The position numbers and the translations under genes are program-made. DNA of 24,000 nt from Mycolicibacterium senegalense (GTDB lineage: Bacteria; Actinomycetota; Actinomycetes; Mycobacteriales; Mycobacteriaceae), in assembly GCF_019645875.1 (NCBI RefSeq), contig NZ_CP081000.1, positions 4,810,417 to 4,834,416 on the forward strand, read 5' to 3'. Below the pieces are notes generated by a model. It was not told the origin of the DNA, searched no databases, and saw nothing but the letters and a program-made list of their open reading frames with translations. Shown piece by piece: positions 22,671 to 24,000 of this stretch (its first letter is position 1; every line of letters starts with the position of its first letter).

Positions 22671-24000
22671 ATGTCACAGCCCACTTCTCCCCGTCTCTGC
22701 ATGGCCAAGACCGCTGCCACCACGGCAGCGGTCATCGCTACTACGGCAGCGTTGACCGCAGGCGTCGCATCCTCTGCGCCCGAAGCGCTCGCCGCGCACA
22801 ACCGCAGTGTGCAAGCGGATGTCGAGCTGACAGCGGCGGCAGACGATATCCCGAAGATTCCGAACATCGTCGGCCTCTATGGAGTAGGCCCCATTTTCTG
22901 GACCGCTCAGCTGCTCGGTATCACACCCGAGAACGTCATCATGGCTGCCGGTGGTTTGACAGGTAACACCGCGCTCGCTGAGACCGTCGTCGGATTGCTA
23001 AATCTGATTGACGCGGTCTCGCCTCTAGAGGCGGACGTTAGGGGCCCCATGCCGAGCGACGTCTACGACGCCGTGAATGGACTAGATCCCACGCTTACCG
23101 GGTTGTCCCAGATGCTCGGCCTCGACAAAGTACCGGGGATCGGCGCGCTAGTTGACACGTTGGTCAAAGCCGCGCCCATTCTGAATCAGCGGCGAGACAT
23201 CATCCTGTCCGAGAGCCTGGGTGGGCTCACCACGTCACTCGCCTACCGCGACATGATCGACGCGGTCACAACCAACAGCGACGATTGGAAGGTCGGCGTC
23301 ACCGGTCAGTGGCTGATCTTCGTCAATAACCCCAGCCGCCCGGGTGGTGGATTGTTCGCACTGGCAACGCCTCTCACCAATTTGTTCGGACTCAACCTCA
23401 CCACGCCGGATGCCGGCAGCTACACCAACGCAGACGCCAACAACGGCAAAATAACTAAAGTCCTCAACACCTCGATCCTGGATATCACCTGGGCCTACAA
23501 TCCGCTCTCGGATGTGCCCACCACGCTGAATCCCCTGTCCTGGGCCAACTCGGCGGCAGCCGGAGTCTTTCTGACCTACCTGTTGCCCGACGAAGACAAC
23601 AACATCGGCGAGCATGTCCTGCCGCAGTTGATCGTCGGCATCGCGGATGGCGTGAAGGTGATGATCGACCCCACTGGCGGCCAGGGCCTGGGCATGGTCC
23701 CCGGATGGAACGAATTCGTCGCCGGGGTGACCAAGCTCGACATCTTGCACCTGGGTCTGGGCAATTGGCTGAACAGCGTCACCAATGCCACCAAGTTCCC
23801 CGGCAACGCCACCTACATCACGTATGACTCCGGCAATCTCCCGTTGCTCGAGCCGTTCCGGATGGTCCCGCACCTTGCGAATCTCGTTCCGGGGGTGGAT
23901 ATCCCGACTCCGTTGACCGACAGCGTCGAAGACGCGCTGCGGAAGATGGTGAACATGGGCTATCAGGACGTCAACCCCGACACCCTGGAGCGCACGTTCG
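22671..24000 (+). CDS. Secreted PE-PPE-domain-like (alpha/beta-hydrolase-like) protein. The 3' end lies outside the window and the frame is not present in the ORF track.
   Basis: I checked the frame by hand codon by codon. It is open for 443 codons from ATG 22671 to the window end. It has a signal peptide (MSQPTSPRLCMAKTAATTAAVIATTAALTAGVASSAPEALA|AHN). The motifs ILSESLGG, VNNPSRPGGGLF, ITWAYNPLSDVP and GNLPLLEPFRMVP...ALRKMVNMGYQD resemble, from memory, the GYSQG / NPNRPNGG / LPLL.PLR / DLGY landmarks of PE-PPE (PF08237) domains. The start is uncertain: ATG 22623, TTG 22668 and ATG 22701 are also in frame. A GAAGG lies 11 nt before 22671. Confidence 0.6.
   Translation, partial: MSQPTSPRLCMAKTAATTAAVIATTAALTAGVASSAPEALAAHNRSVQADVELTAAADDIPKIPNIVGLYGVGPIFWTAQLLGITPENVIMAAGGLTGNTALAETVVGLLNLIDAVSPLEADVRGPMPSDVYDAVNGLDPTLTGLSQMLGLDKVPGIGALVDTLVKAAPILNQRRDIILSESLGGLTTSLAYRDMIDAVTTNSDDWKVGVTGQWLIFVNNPSRPGGGLFALATPLTNLFGLNLTTPDAGSYTNADANNGKITKVLNTSILDITWAYNPLSDVPTTLNPLSWANSAAAGVFLTYLLPDEDNNIGEHVLPQLIVGIADGVKVMIDPTGGQGLGMVPGWNEFVAGVTKLDILHLGLGNWLNSVTNATKFPGNATYITYDSGNLPLLEPFRMVPHLANLVPGVDIPTPLTDSVEDALRKMVNMGYQDVNPDTLERTF

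Noticed and set aside
22565-22966. ORF-track candidates 22565..22966(+), 22646..22867(-), 23235..23873(-) and 23576..23812(-) at the right end of the window.
   Set aside because: All overlap the much longer frame-3 open reading frame (22671 to beyond 24000), which has a signal peptide and hydrolase-like motifs. Their own translations are Arg/His/Gly-rich with no motifs.
1-24000. A search by eye for tRNA/rRNA genes, CRISPR repeat-spacer arrays, IS elements or transposase genes, integrases, toxin-antitoxin pairs and known defence-system genes.
   Set aside because: None was found. The intergenic regions are short or were inspected individually. No regularly spaced repeats, no cloverleaf-like segments, and no transposase or integrase motifs appear in any long ORF.

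Overview
This is a high-GC actinobacterial chromosome segment, almost certainly from a fast-growing Mycobacterium/Mycolicibacterium, because it carries an MspA-family porin. Gene content and order match my memory of the M. tuberculosis Rv0971c-Rv0991c region in inverted orientation. Left to right the window holds: the 3' end of an amino-acid permease with a soluble C-terminal extension, translationally coupled to a tandem-USP gene; a duplicated (two-domain) MarR regulator; a low-GC insert with a frameshifted envelope-protein gene; a membrane-anchored DUF1524/HNH nuclease; a CIRCE-controlled zinc-ribbon, Ser-rich chaperone gene (Rv0991c/ruc-like) plus a SAF-domain gene (Rv0990c-like); mscL; a convergent MspA-type porin; an unlisted 53-aa ORF preceded by a perfect CRP-type palindrome; moaB2-pepD-mprB-mprA (minus strand) with tandem 8-3-8 direct-repeat boxes; rpmF; a six-gene, translationally coupled atu/liu-like acyl-CoA carboxylase operon (atuA-like, fadE13, accD2, accA2, fadE12, echA7); a SnoaL-like ester cyclase; and a second low-GC segment. 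That last segment contains a long open frame for a secreted PE-PPE-domain-like protein. The frame runs off the window end and is absent from the ORF track. I saw no tRNA, rRNA, CRISPR array or IS element. I did not see a convincing novel multi-gene system. The items most worth follow-up are regulatory sites, one frameshift, one unlisted small ORF, one unlisted long ORF and the fused MarR. All family assignments rest on motif recognition by eye. No database search was run.
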